NCBI GenBank assembly: GCA_977020255.1
Contig: CDROCS010000506.1
Coordinates: 2,170,001-2,234,000 of the forward strand
Reading direction: 5' to 3'
Origin: Obrimoposthia wandeli
Taxonomy: Eukaryota
DNA length: 64,000 bases
The position numbers and the translations under genes were made by a program. Below the pieces are notes generated by a model that had not been told where the DNA came from, made no database searches, and saw only the letters and a list, made by a program, of their open reading frames with translations. Below are positions 51,115 to 62,758 of the stretch, one piece after another; position 1 is the stretch's first letter; each line of letters begins with the position of its first letter.

Positions 51115-51801
51115 CTAGTTTGAGCTACGTAATGCATTCCACCACGTTTCGTCAGCAACTATCTGACCTTCTTCGTCTAATTCTGGGTAAGCGAGGCCTT
51201 TACGTTTACAGGCTTTAGCAAAAACAGGGTGACCGCCTTCAAAGTAAATTTTGTGCTGTTCTTCAAGCGGTAACTTGCTTTCGCCTTGGTACATGCCAGC
51301 ATTGTCACGTTGACGCTGTGCTTCGTACAAGATAGTCGCAGTCGCGACTGATACGTTGAGTGATTGCACCATGCCTACCATAGGAATAATGATATCTTGA
51401 TCGGCAAGTGCTAATGCTTCTGCACTGATACCAGTCTTTTCTTGACCCATTAAGATCGCTGTTGGTTTGGTGTAATCAATTTCACGGAAATCCACGGCAT
51501 TATCAGACAGGTTCGTTGCAAGTACTTGCATGCCCTGTGCTTTCATTTCTTTAATGGCTTCAGCAATATTATCGTGAGAGTGTACTTTCACCCAGTTTTG
51601 GCTACCGGTAGCTGTGCCACCAGATACTTTTGTTGGGCGTATAGACCATACCGCGTGAACATTGTTGACACCAACAGCATCACACGTTCTTACTACTGCA
51701 GCAAGGTTATGTGGTTTATGCACTGCTTCCATACAAACGGTTAAATCTGGTTGGCGGTGTTGGAGCATTTTAGTAATGCGGTCTAAACGTTCTGGGGTCA
51801 T
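51115..51801 (-). CDS. trmH: tRNA (Gm18) 2'-O-methyltransferase
   Basis: HKPHNL.A..R.CDAVG, G.EK.G, IPM.GMVQSLNVSVA. Confidence 0.95.
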   Translation of the reverse strand: MTPERLDRITKMLQHRQPDLTVCMEAVHKPHNLAAVVRTCDAVGVNNVHAVWSIRPTKVSGGTATGSQNWVKVHSHDNIAEAIKEMKAQGMQVLATNLSDNAVDFREIDYTKPTAILMGQEKTGISAEALALADQDIIIPMVGMVQSLNVSVATATILYEAQRQRDNAGMYQGESKLPLEEQHKIYFEGGHPVFAKACKRKGLAYPELDEEGQIVADETWWNALRSSN

Positions 51802-51909
51802 GGTCTTACTCTATAAGATTTAATTGGCGAGGTATTATACCCAAATAATCGGCTAATGCGAGTATCTGCTGTTAGCTTAGTGGGTCAGGGAGAGTTGAAT
51901 GATAAATAT

Positions 51910-51946
51910 ATCGCCAAGGTATTGAGGAGTTCAAGACCTTGGCGAT
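51910..51946. repeat. Palindrome with CCAAGG/CCTTGG arms (terminator-like, after spoT)
   Basis: atcgccaaggt ... accttggcgat. Confidence 0.55.
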
Positions 51947-51985
51947 TAGCGTAATAGCGAGTAATTATGCTTCGTTATTGGCTTT

Positions 51986-54109
51986 TTAGTTGTAACTGCG
52001 TGATATTTTCAATACATCTTGCAGGGTGCGGATCTTCTTCATGACATCGGCGACATGTTTACGGTTTTTAGCGGTAATAAGAATATCAACGTTATAAACC
52101 CGCGCATCTTTTTCATCGGTGACGATATTGTGAATGTTGGCGCCACTTGATGCCACGGTATTCGTTAGTTTAGCCAATACACCTTGGTGATTTACCACTT
52201 GAATACGGATCTCGGTTTTAAACTCTTGGCTTGGATCAATATTGTCATCCCATTCAACAGGGATGTAACGATCTGGTTCATTTTGATAACCGTGAATATT
52301 ACGACAAGTCTCAATATGTACCACTAGCCCTTTGCCTGGACTTAAATGCGCAACAATCGGATCACCCGGAATTGGGTGACAGCAGTTAGCAAAACTCACT
52401 AACATACCTTCCGCGCCTTTAATTGGCATTTTGTCTTGTTCTTCTGAACGCGGTGCTAGATCGGTCAGTTCATCAACTCGACCTTGTAGACGACGTGCGA
52501 CGAGAATACTCATGATATTGCCTAAACCAACTTCGATAAGTAAATCGTCGATGGTTTCACATTTGGTATCAGCGAGCACTTGCGCTAGATTCTCAGCGAC
52601 AATATCTTCTATTTTTACGCCATTAAGGGCATGGTTTAAGAGACGGCGACCTAAAATAATAGAATCTTCGGTACGCATATTTTTCAATTGTTGACGAACG
52701 CGACCACGGGCTCTGCCGGTGACAATGAAGTTTAACCAAGCTGCGTTTGGACGTGCACCCGGAGCAGTAATGATTTCCACTGTTTGACCATTTTTCAATG
52801 GCTGGCTAAGTGCGTGTGGTTGGCGGTTAACACGTGCACCAACACAAGTATGACCAACATCGGTATGAATTGAATAAGCCACATCGACAGGTGTTGCACC
52901 ACGAGGTAATTCAATGATCTTACCTTTCGGCGTGAACACATAAATTTCATCTGGGAACAGATCGGTTTTCACACTTTCAATAAACTCAAACGATGAACCC
53001 GCACTTTGCTGTAATTCCAGCAAGCTTTGCATCCATTTTTGCGCTCGTAACTGCGCGTTGGTATTAATCTTGTCAGCGCCTTGCTTATATGACCAATGCG
53101 CGGCAACACCACGGTCAGCCATCAGATCCATATCTTTAGTACGGATTTGAATTTCCAGAGGTACGCCGTGTGGGCCAACCAATGAAGTATGCAGGGATTG
53201 ATAACCATTGGTTTTGGGAATGGCTATGTAATCTTTAAAGCGCGTTATCTTCGGCTTGTACAAACTGTGCATTTGACCGAGTACACGGTAGCAGGTATCA
53301 AGATCGTCTACGATAATTCTGAATGCATAAATATCGACAACTTCATGGAACTGAACGCGTTTCTTTTTCATCTTGTTGTAGATACTAAAGATTAGCTTTT
53401 CGCGGCCATGGGTTTCCGCTGGTACACCAGCTTCTTCTAAACGACCTTCAATTTCTTGACGGATGTTAGACATGACTTCTTTACGGTTACCACGTGCTGC
53501 TTTTACGGATTCGACAAGAATACGGTAACGCATTGGGTACATGGCTTCTAACCCAAGTTCCTCTAATTCATTTTTAATATTATGAATACCAAGGCGGTTA
53601 GCAATCGGCGCAAAAATTTCTAATGTTTCGCTGGCAATACGACGGCGTTTGTCAGGTCTCAGTGCCCCTAAGGTGCGCATGTTGTGCGTACGATCGGCTA
53701 GTTTGATTAAGATAACGCGAATGTCTTGGACCATTGCCATGAACATCTTACGGAAGTTTTCCGCTTGGGCTTCTTTACGATCGCGGAATTTTAGCTTATC
53801 AAGTTTCGACACACCTTCGACTAATTCAGCAACTGTATTGCCAAATAATGAAGCGAGGTCTTCTTGCGTTGTTGGCGTATCTTCAATCACATCATGAAGC
53901 AGGGCGGCCATAATGGTTTTATGATCAAGACGCATATCCGCCAGAATTTCAGCAACGGCAACAGGGTGAATAATATAAGGTTCGCCCGTGCTTCTTTTTT
54001 GAGGTAGGTGCGCTTCCCGCGCGACTAAATAAGCATGCTCAATGAGTTCGACTTGTTCAACCGATAGATAGGTTGATGTCGTTGCTTTTAAATTTGCGAA
54101 TATATGCAA
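51986..54109 (-). CDS. spoT: Bifunctional (p)ppGpp hydrolase/synthetase; probable TTG start
   Basis: H..Q.R..GEPYI.HP, HDVIED, KLADR.HN, YQSLHT; TGS and ACT domains; follows rpoZ. Confidence 0.96.
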   Translation of the reverse strand: MHIFANLKATTSTYLSVEQVELIEHAYLVAREAHLPQKRSTGEPYIIHPVAVAEILADMRLDHKTIMAALLHDVIEDTPTTQEDLASLFGNTVAELVEGVSKLDKLKFRDRKEAQAENFRKMFMAMVQDIRVILIKLADRTHNMRTLGALRPDKRRRIASETLEIFAPIANRLGIHNIKNELEELGLEAMYPMRYRILVESVKAARGNRKEVMSNIRQEIEGRLEEAGVPAETHGREKLIFSIYNKMKKKRVQFHEVVDIYAFRIIVDDLDTCYRVLGQMHSLYKPKITRFKDYIAIPKTNGYQSLHTSLVGPHGVPLEIQIRTKDMDLMADRGVAAHWSYKQGADKINTNAQLRAQKWMQSLLELQQSAGSSFEFIESVKTDLFPDEIYVFTPKGKIIELPRGATPVDVAYSIHTDVGHTCVGARVNRQPHALSQPLKNGQTVEIITAPGARPNAAWLNFIVTGRARGRVRQQLKNMRTEDSIILGRRLLNHALNGVKIEDIVAENLAQVLADTKCETIDDLLIEVGLGNIMSILVARRLQGRVDELTDLAPRSEEQDKMPIKGAEGMLVSFANCCHPIPGDPIVAHLSPGKGLVVHIETCRNIHGYQNEPDRYIPVEWDDNIDPSQEFKTEIRIQVVNHQGVLAKLTNTVASSGANIHNIVTDEKDARVYNVDILITAKNRKHVADVMKKIRTLQDVLKISRSYN

Positions 54110-54308
54110 GTACTGCCTCGTCACTAAAAAGTTGATATAAATGAGATGGTAATATTATCAAGATAATAAAAAGTGGGGTTAATTGCACCTTTAAATTTAC
54201 ATCTTTGCCATATTTATACTAACTCAAGCGAGAATTAGCCATTTAGAGGTTTGAGTTTTAAACATACATAAAACTCAATAATCCATCCCCTGACGGATTT
54301 TAGGTATT

Positions 54309-54335
54309 AAAAAAGGTGCAAAATGCACCTTTTTT
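54309..54335 (-). terminator. Terminator between rpoZ and spoT
   Basis: aaaaaaggtgca-aaa-tgcacctttttt. Confidence 0.8.
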
Positions 54336-54364
54336 ATCAAACCACCAAAAAAGATGATTCGGTA

Positions 54365-54640
54365 TTAACCACGGCCTTCAGCAATTGCTGCTACTGCTGC
54401 AACTTGCTGTGCTTCGTGCTCTTGCTGTTCTTGACGGTCGCCAGCATCCATTAATTCGTTGCTCATTAGACCTGCTTCAATTTCACGAAGTGCGATTACA
54501 GTCGGCTTATCATTCTCTGGTGCTACCAAAGGCTCTTTGCCATGAATCTGTAATTGACGAGCGCGACGTGCCGCCATTAATATTAGGTCGAAACGGTTAC
54601 CAACCTGTTGTACAGCATCTTCTACGGTTACGCGTGCCAT
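54365..54640 (-). CDS. rpoZ: RNA polymerase omega subunit
   Basis: [17 protein letters not shown]...[20 protein letters not shown]. Confidence 0.98.
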   Translation of the reverse strand: MARVTVEDAVQQVGNRFDLILMAARRARQLQIHGKEPLVAPENDKPTVIALREIEAGLMSNELMDAGDRQEQQEHEAQQVAAVAAIAEGRG

Positions 54641-54699
54641 GCAGGAACTCCCAGTGAATTAAGTCTAAAAAATGACGAGAAACTATACTTTATTTTTGC

Positions 54700-55326
54700 C
54701 TACTTAACCAGCAAATCTTTCATTATCACGCTGTTTTTCGCAGCTTGCTTTGCTGAACCAAGTCGTTCTGCGCGCACAATTGCATGTAGATCTTCAAGTG
54801 CGGTCGAGAAATCATCGTTAATGATCAGGTAATCATATTCATTATAGTGCGACATTTCAGCTTCTGCTTCAGCCATTCTGCTGGCGATGATGTCATCACT
54901 GTCTTGACCGCGACTGTTTAGACGACGTTCAAGTTCTTCGCGACTCGGTGGTAGGATAAAAATACCACGTGCATCAGCAATTTGTTCTTTGATTTGACGC
55001 GCACCTTGCCAGTCGATATCTAAGAAAATATCAATACCACGCGCCAGGGTGTTTTCAATCATTACACGTGAAGTACCATAGTAATTACCGAATACTTCAG
55101 CCCATTCGAAAAATTCATTATTTTCGATTTGTGCTTTAAAATCAGCAACTGGAATGTAGTGGTAATGAGTACCGTCAACTTCACCAGGGCGGATATCACG
55201 GGTAGTATGCGAGACAGACACTTTCATATCGCTGCTTGGGTTTGCATCTAAAAGTGCTTTGATAAGACTTGATTTTCCTGCGCCACTTGGAGCGGATACA
55301 ATAAATAGAGTGCCTTTACGTGCCAT
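54700..55326 (-). CDS. gmk: Guanylate kinase
   Basis: [31 protein letters not shown]. Confidence 0.97.
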   Translation of the reverse strand: MARKGTLFIVSAPSGAGKSSLIKALLDANPSSDMKVSVSHTTRDIRPGEVDGTHYHYIPVADFKAQIENNEFFEWAEVFGNYYGTSRVMIENTLARGIDIFLDIDWQGARQIKEQIADARGIFILPPSREELERRLNSRGQDSDDIIASRMAEAEAEMSHYNEYDYLIINDDFSTALEDLHAIVRAERLGSAKQAAKNSVIMKDLLVK

Positions 55327-55452
55327 GATGAGCCTTTAATAGGATTTAAAAGCGACCCAAGATAGCATAAATATTAGGAGGAATTAAATAGCTTTAATAG
55401 TTTACTTAGTAACGACCACAAAAAAGAGCGATAAATTGCTGAGTGGATCGAT

Positions 55453-55782
55453 TTAATGCGTGTGTGGTGTTGATGATAGGTTGATTAACGCAATGCCGAC
55501 AGCGATAAATAACATGCCAATCCAAACTTTAGTATCAAGGTGTTGTTTGTAGACTAAGCTCGACATGTAAGTGACTAAAATAATCGCTAAACCAGCCCAT
55601 GACGCATGCACAATTCCGACGGGTAAGTTTTTAACGGCTTGGCCTAAAAATAAAAACGCGAGTAGGTGACCAAAAATAACAATGACGCTGGGCCAAAAGT
55701 TACTAAATCCGTTGGTGGCTTTCAGTGCTACATGTGATGTTGCTTCTGCTAATACGCCTAATAAAAGAAATAACCAACCCAT
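55453..55782 (-). CDS. SMR-family (EmrE/QacE-like) transporter
   Basis: Four TMs, conserved Glu in LAE...H.ALK...GF, P.G...A.W.G. Confidence 0.85.
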   Translation of the reverse strand: MGWLFLLLGVLAEATSHVALKATNGFSNFWPSVIVIFGHLLAFLFLGQAVKNLPVGIVHASWAGLAIILVTYMSSLVYKQHLDTKVWIGMLFIAVGIALINLSSTPHTH

Positions 55783-55826
55783 AACGATACCTACTCATTT
55801 TATGATTTATAGAAAATTTATACTGT

Positions 55827-55865
55827 AAAAAAAACGCCTTCACATACTTGTCGCAGGTGAAGGCG
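55827..55865 (-). terminator. Terminator after frmA
   Basis: cgccttcac ... gtgaaggcg with an A-run on the plus strand (U-tract on the minus strand). Confidence 0.7.
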
Positions 55866-55934
55866 GATATAACACGACTCTTTACTAAGCTATTGTTTAA
55901 TAATAGCTACTGTAAATGTTTCTTGTGAAAAGTG

Positions 55935-57080
<1,146 letters not shown>

Positions 57081-57153
57081 TTATATTGTCATTTGGGAGG
57101 TAACGCTGAGGTCCCTCGTTTTGTTGGAGCCATTATAGTTATTTCTGTAATAT

Positions 57154-57198
57154 TGATAATCCCATTAAATTGCAAATTACTTTTACTGTGTAGTAATA
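57154..57198. promoter_or_regulatory. LysR-type operator upstream of frmA (copy A)
   Basis: TGATAAT-N11-GCAAATtACTTTTACTGtgTAGTAATA; palindrome TTACT-gtgt-AGTAA fits T-N11-A. Confidence 0.6.
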
Positions 57199-57479
57199 GT
57201 TGGCGGGTGTTAGCGGTGATTCCCTTATAATAAGCATTACTTATGGGACTAATAAGTAATAGTCATTAGTTCTTTCAGCATCAAATTATCATAATGCCTC
57301 CCAACAGATAGCGTCGCATGGATTTGCTGATAGCGGTTGGCTTTGGTTTTGTTATTTTGGTATTAGATTATTGATATACCTTCAAAATCATTGTCGTTGT
57401 GCCAATGGAAATGGCGATGATTTCGCCACTGATGAACGTTAGGTATCAGTGAACTTTGATTAGACTTAGGGTATACATT

Positions 57480-58046
57480 ATGAATAAATCTCTTTTGGCA
57501 ACGATTGTCTCTGCTTCTCTATTTTTAGCAGGCTGTTCTTCTTCGGGTGACTCAAGCAACGGTGGACCGGGTGATCCTGTTATTCCTGATATCGATGCAT
57601 CACCAGAATGGGGACTTGATATTGGTGATGCACCTGATTGGGGGTTAACTGATCCGGATTTCGGACAACCAATGCCTTCAATTCCAGATAGATTGCCACC
57701 AATATGGGGGGGACCTGGAATGCCTGTGATTGATAATGGACCTGAGGCCAGTTACACCATTTCAGGAAGTACAATCACTGATGCTAATGGCAACATTTTC
57801 AACATTACAGAAGTGGAGTGGATTGGCCAACATATGATAGTTCAAGATCAAGAGGGTAATGAATACCGCGTAGATGTTCGTCGCCAAGGTGAGTTTGAGG
57901 GGGATTTTGTCGTCATGATTAATGGAAATGCGATCATCATTGGCGGTGATACCGTTCAAGGTGGGCCAAAACCACTGATGGAAAATAGTGGGCGCACAAT
58001 TGATCGTAATGCTATCCGTGATTCAATTCGCTCTCATTTAAAATAA
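57480..58046 (+). CDS. Lipoprotein with Pro/Gly/Asp-rich PxWG repeats
   Basis: Lipobox LAGC; PEWG, PDWG, PDFG, PIWG; beta-rich middle; C-terminal helix IDRNAIRDSIRSHLK. Confidence 0.75.
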   Translation: MNKSLLATIVSASLFLAGCSSSGDSSNGGPGDPVIPDIDASPEWGLDIGDAPDWGLTDPDFGQPMPSIPDRLPPIWGGPGMPVIDNGPEASYTISGSTITDANGNIFNITEVEWIGQHMIVQDQEGNEYRVDVRRQGEFEGDFVVMINGNAIIIGGDTVQGGPKPLMENSGRTIDRNAIRDSIRSHLK

Positions 58047-58106
58047 TTCTCTATTTTATGTATTCAGCTCCTAGCGTTTGCTTGGAGCCTCCCCCTAGGT
58101 TAGAAC

Positions 58107-58781
58107 ATGAAAACTATTTCAATTACTTGCAGCGCAATGATGCTCTGTACTTCAGCGTTTGCTGGAATTGATCTATCAATTGAAAAGGATGTTATAGAGA
58201 TCGGTGTTACCGCGACGGTAACTGATAATACTTATTTATATATTGGTGGAGACAGCAACGAATGGCTCGGGATTGGTGTTGGTTACCATCAATTTGTTAA
58301 TTCGAATTGGAAGTTGGATTCTTATTATGAGTTCAGCTTGGAGGATGATTGGCTTATGGGGGAGTTGGCTGGTGTTGATGGCGTTAAAACAAAAACACAC
58401 TTTGTTGACCTTTCTGCAATCCGATTTTTCGACGGGTACTCTGCCAAGTTTGGGGTGACAAGCGAATTTGTCCGCAATGGTTTCACTTGGATGACGGTTG
58501 ATGATGCGAATAAGTATTCGGCCTATTTCGCCGCAGCTAAGTACTTCCAGCATGCTTATGTTATTGGTAAATTTGAGTTTCACTATGCAGAAGACAAATC
58601 GGATATGATTGATTTCAACCAAGGGACCGCGAATGAATGGGAAATATCGATAGGTACTATGCGTCCGATTTTACATATCTATCCGTATGCGAAAGTATCT
58701 GCTTTTAGCCCTAACGGTACTTATTATGGCATGGATGACATTGATTACAGTTGGACTATTGGAGGGCGGATTTCATTCTAG
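58107..58781 (+). CDS. Predicted outer-membrane beta-barrel protein
   Basis: Signal peptide ending AFA, amphipathic beta-strand pattern, C-terminal WTIGGRISF (terminal Phe). Confidence 0.7.
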   Translation: MKTISITCSAMMLCTSAFAGIDLSIEKDVIEIGVTATVTDNTYLYIGGDSNEWLGIGVGYHQFVNSNWKLDSYYEFSLEDDWLMGELAGVDGVKTKTHFVDLSAIRFFDGYSAKFGVTSEFVRNGFTWMTVDDANKYSAYFAAAKYFQHAYVIGKFEFHYAEDKSDMIDFNQGTANEWEISIGTMRPILHIYPYAKVSAFSPNGTYYGMDDIDYSWTIGGRISF

Positions 58782-58799
58782 AGGATGATTATTGAACAT

Positions 58800-58830
58800 A
58801 AAAAAACCTGATATTGCTATCAGGCTTTTT
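58800..58830. terminator. Bidirectional terminator
   Basis: aaaaaaacctgata ... tatcaggcttttt. Confidence 0.75.
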
Positions 58831-58871
58831 GGTATTAATTAACTTGGCTGGGCGCCATTTTATATTTGAAT

Positions 58872-59234
58872 CTAAGAAGCGAATTTCTTTTCTAAATGGG
58901 CAATGATGTCATTTGATTCATACATCCATTGCACTTGACCATTTTCTTCAATACGTAGGCAAGGAACTTTACGGCGACCGCCTTCTTGCTCTAGTTCGTT
59001 ACCAAACGTAGCATCATTTTTCGCATCACGTACTGCAATATCTAGGTTTAAACGTTTCATGCTACGACGTACTTTTACGCAAAATGGGCAAGCCTCAAAT
59101 TGGTAAAGTGACATGTTATTGATTTCGCTATCAACCTTTGCCTGTTCTTCAGCAGGACGTTTCATGCTTTTTGGTGAAAAGATGAAATTAAGCGTTAAAA
59201 TAAGACGGCCTAGTAACCAGCGAACAACTTTCAT
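58872..59234 (-). CDS. Glutaredoxin/GST-N-like protein
   Basis: LYQF..CPFC.KVRR, G.RKVPCLRI, MYES.DII. Confidence 0.85.
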   Translation of the reverse strand: MKVVRWLLGRLILTLNFIFSPKSMKRPAEEQAKVDSEINNMSLYQFEACPFCVKVRRSMKRLNLDIAVRDAKNDATFGNELEQEGGRRKVPCLRIEENGQVQWMYESNDIIAHLEKKFAS

Positions 59235-59381
59235 GAATGAGTACCTTGTGAAAATAGGATTAGTTTTTCGGTATGCTACCATATTTGTAGCGGGTAAGGC
59301 GACGCCTAGACGATGCTTGAAATCGATTAAGAATAACTAAGCACATAAAGTCTAGGCGTATATATCAGCTTATGAGTGGCT

Positions 59382-60614
59382 TTAAGCGCGGCGTTTTCTA
59401 AATGCGTAGATGCCAGCGCTATAGATGGTTTTGAAGAATACCGGCCAAGTGCCTAAATCTGCTTTCGGCTGTTGCTGTTTAGCAATGCGAGCAAGTTGGG
59501 CTTCGTACCAGGTAATGTCTAACATCGCCATACGGTCAATGGCTTTAACACCTGTGGTTAAGTTAGGCAGGCTAATCTTATGTTCATCAGATGCCATTAA
59601 TTTATTCGGCAGTTGCGTATCTAGCGACATTGGACGCGCGATACCGATAAAGTCAGTGGCATTGCTTTGCAGTGCTGACAACATGGCTTTACTTGAACGG
59701 AAACCACCTGTCACCACTAACGGTGTGTCGGTGATCGCACGTACTTTTTCAGCATAACTCAGGAAGTAAGCTTCACGCGCTAAGGTTGATTTTTTTACCT
59801 TGTGACCGGTCATCGTTGGACTTTCATAGGTACCACCGCTGATTTCAATCTGATCGATTCCCGCATCGGATAATGCTTTAACTACTTGCATTGATTCTTC
59901 TTCGGTAAAACCACCACGCATGAAATCGGCTGAATTTAATTTAATGCCAATTGGGAATTCATCACCGACTTCAGCACGAATTGCTTGATAGATTGATAAT
60001 ACAAAGCGCATGCGGTTTTCAATGCTACCGCCCCATTGATCGTCACGTTGATTGTGGCGTGGAGACAAAAATTGATTCACTAAATAACCGTGGGCACCGT
60101 GAATTTGCACGCCTGTAAAACCAACTTGCTTAGCCAGTTTCGCACTCGTTTGAAATTGACCAATAATGTTTAAAATTTCTGATTCAGTTAAGGCGCGTGG
60201 AGTATTAAAGCCTTTTTCTAAACCATTGGTTAATGCGATAGCAGATGGCGCGACAGGTTCTTTATTAATAAAGTTCGGAGTCTGTTTACCGGGATGATTT
60301 AACTGCGCCCATAACTGAGTATCGTTAAGGCTGCCTTGCTGAGCCCAGTTTTTAAATTCAGTTAAATCACTTTGTTCATCTAATACCACTTGTTTTGGTT
60401 CGCCAAGCGCGTTGCGATCAACCATCAAGTTACCCGTAATTGATAATCCTAAACCGCCTAAAGCCCAAGCGCGATACAGTGTTGCTAGACCTGGTAATGG
60501 GTTGTGTTGTGCATCACTAAGTTGTTCGCTCATTGCCGATTTAAATAAACGGTTTTTAATAAACGTGCCATTTTTTAAGGTAAAACCTTGTTGTAATGTA
60601 ATTGCTGTAGTCAT
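59382..60614 (-). CDS. NADH:flavin oxidoreductase (Old Yellow Enzyme family)
   Basis: NRLFKSAMSE, QLNHPG, GVQIHGAHGYL..QFLSP..N.R.D.WGGS.ENR.RF. Confidence 0.9.
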   Translation of the reverse strand: MTTAITLQQGFTLKNGTFIKNRLFKSAMSEQLSDAQHNPLPGLATLYRAWALGGLGLSITGNLMVDRNALGEPKQVVLDEQSDLTEFKNWAQQGSLNDTQLWAQLNHPGKQTPNFINKEPVAPSAIALTNGLEKGFNTPRALTESEILNIIGQFQTSAKLAKQVGFTGVQIHGAHGYLVNQFLSPRHNQRDDQWGGSIENRMRFVLSIYQAIRAEVGDEFPIGIKLNSADFMRGGFTEEESMQVVKALSDAGIDQIEISGGTYESPTMTGHKVKKSTLAREAYFLSYAEKVRAITDTPLVVTGGFRSSKAMLSALQSNATDFIGIARPMSLDTQLPNKLMASDEHKISLPNLTTGVKAIDRMAMLDITWYEAQLARIAKQQQPKADLGTWPVFFKTIYSAGIYAFRKRRA

Positions 60615-60640
60615 TATTAATCCTGCTTTAAATAAATCAT

Positions 60641-60655
60641 TAGACCGGTCGTCTT
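60641..60655. promoter_or_regulatory. TetR operator upstream of the OYE gene
   Basis: TAGAC-cggtc-GTCTT, NemR-box-like; near-identical copy at 61344. Confidence 0.65.
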
Positions 60656-60732
60656 AATTTGGGGGTCAAAAAAACGATATTACAATTTTGTTCATAATAT
60701 CGTGTCTGTTTGCTGTTTTGTGACGTAATTAG

Positions 60733-61332
60733 TTAGCTAGCTTTTAAAATATCATCAAAAATGAAGTCGGTGATCTGCGTTAGATTATCGGTATTACCGG
60801 CGATCTTCATTTCGATTAAACTACCTTCCCATGCTGTCCACATTAGTGTCGCGAGCTGTTTGGCTGGTAAGTCTGTGCGGATTAATTGCTGTGCTTGTGC
60901 ATCGCTGATCAATCCAGATAATAAGTTGTTTAGTGCCTTAACTGAACGTTGCATCGCCTGTTGGCATAATGCACTTGAATCACCAATATCGTTAGCAACA
61001 CTTGCGACTAAGCAGCCTTGCTTACCTTGATTCTGTGTGTACTTTTGGCGGCCTTTTTCAAATAGCGCACGCAATTTTTGTATTGGGTTCAGGTTTACGT
61101 CATCTAATAGCGGTTGAATTTCCTTGGCATTGGCGTGCATATCGGCTTCGATTAGCTCGGCAACAAAGGCTTCTTTGCTATTAAAATAGTTATAAAAGGA
61201 CCCTTTAGGTACTTTAAGCTCGTCTAGGATCTGTTTAATCCCAGTGCCGTGATAACCGTGTTGAGAGATATGTTTGATACCAACTTCAATCAGGGCTTCG
61301 CGGGTATGTTCGTTTTGTTTAGGTCTTGGCAT
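60733..61332 (-). CDS. TetR-family regulator (NemR/AcuR-like)
   Basis: GYHGTGI..IL....VPKGSFY.YF.SKE, GCLV..VA.D. Confidence 0.9.
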   Translation of the reverse strand: MPRPKQNEHTREALIEVGIKHISQHGYHGTGIKQILDELKVPKGSFYNYFNSKEAFVAELIEADMHANAKEIQPLLDDVNLNPIQKLRALFEKGRQKYTQNQGKQGCLVASVANDIGDSSALCQQAMQRSVKALNNLLSGLISDAQAQQLIRTDLPAKQLATLMWTAWEGSLIEMKIAGNTDNLTQITDFIFDDILKAS

Positions 61333-61343
61333 TTGGCTATTCT

Positions 61344-61358
61344 ATGACCGATCGTCTT
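61344..61358. promoter_or_regulatory. TetR autoregulatory operator
   Basis: ATGAC-cgatc-GTCTT, 11 bp before the TetR start. Confidence 0.65.
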
Positions 61359-61422
61359 GAAATGCAATTATTAAGGTAGGAGGCTTATCTTTTCCGACCT
61401 TAATAACGCGAGTTAGGGGCGA

Positions 61423-62691
61423 TTATATTTTATCCTGCTGCCATTTATCAACAACTAACGCTGCAATCAAATCACCTTCCACATTAACTGCGGTTCTGAA
61501 GGTATCGAGTGGACGTTCGATAATAAGCAAGATCGCGATACCTTCTAATGGAATACCTGCTGCAAGCATTACTAATTGCATACCTGACATCGAGCCTGAT
61601 GGCATACCTGGTGCGCCAATTGATGAAACCATGGCCATGATAAATATCATCACAATGCCAGTAGTGCTTAAATCAATACCAAATAACTGCGCGAGGAAGA
61701 TAGCTGCTACACCTTCAAACAAGGCGGTACCATCCATATTCATCACCGCGCCAAGTGGCAGTACAAAACTGCTGGTACTTTGTGATATGCCCAGCTCGTT
61801 CTCTGCTGCTTGCATAGATAAAGGCAGTGTTGCCGAGCTTGATGAAGTGGCAAACGCCATCGCGAGTGGTGCGGAGATTGCTTTAAATAAGGTGCTAAAT
61901 TTAATGCCAGTAAAAATTTTAGCCAGAGTCGGTAATACAATTACGCCGTGAATCAGCGTGAGTACAAATACCAACAAGGCGAATAGCGCCAATTGACCAA
62001 ATAAGCCGGTATTTCCTGTCACCGTAAACTCAAATACGATCGCGAACACGGCTATCGGGGCGAGACGAATGATGCTCTGCACTAATTTATTTAAACCTGT
62101 ATTCAACCCCGCAATCACAGTAAATACCACATGGTCTTGTGGCAATGAACGTAATAACGATACTGAAAATAACAACGAGAATAAAACAATCGCTAACAGG
62201 TTACCGTTAACTAAGGCTGAAAAAGGATTCACTAACGCCATCGCCAATAATTTAGCGGTAATGCTTGAGCCTGTGACTGTATCTTGTTCAATTAAATTAA
62301 TGTGGTCAGCAACAACGACTGGCTCTACAAGTGGCTGCCATTCTGGCATTAATAGCGCAGCACCAAGTCCGAGACTAATCGCGATAATCGACGTTAAGCT
62401 GTAAAAGGCGAGGGTGCTGACGCCTAAGGTTTTTAACTTTAGCGTTGAGCCTATATTGGTAATACCCTGCATTAACGACAGCATTACTACTAAGCCGATA
62501 ACCATTTTCAGCAAACCGATATAAGTGGTCTTGCCTAACAAGATTAATTGATACCAAGTTTGTTCAGTAATATGTTCAGCCACGGGCTCGGTAATATTGG
62601 CTACTGCAGGCATTATTGTGGCAAAAACCCAAGCCAGTATAGCGGCTATGACTAGTTGCAATGGCAATGAACGCTTGATCGTTGATAGCAT
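61423..62691 (-). CDS. Dicarboxylate/amino acid:cation symporter (DAACS)
   Basis: AFATSSSSATLP, LGAVMNMDGTA, RTAVNVEGD. Confidence 0.92.
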   Translation of the reverse strand: MLSTIKRSLPLQLVIAAILAWVFATIMPAVANITEPVAEHITEQTWYQLILLGKTTYIGLLKMVIGLVVMLSLMQGITNIGSTLKLKTLGVSTLAFYSLTSIIAISLGLGAALLMPEWQPLVEPVVVADHINLIEQDTVTGSSITAKLLAMALVNPFSALVNGNLLAIVLFSLLFSVSLLRSLPQDHVVFTVIAGLNTGLNKLVQSIIRLAPIAVFAIVFEFTVTGNTGLFGQLALFALLVFVLTLIHGVIVLPTLAKIFTGIKFSTLFKAISAPLAMAFATSSSSATLPLSMQAAENELGISQSTSSFVLPLGAVMNMDGTALFEGVAAIFLAQLFGIDLSTTGIVMIFIMAMVSSIGAPGMPSGSMSGMQLVMLAAGIPLEGIAILLIIERPLDTFRTAVNVEGDLIAALVVDKWQQDKI

Positions 62692-62758
62692 AATCTTTCT
62701 CGTTAGAGTTACTGGATATCAGTAATGAAGGCGAGATTATATTGGAGTTATGTGCTGA

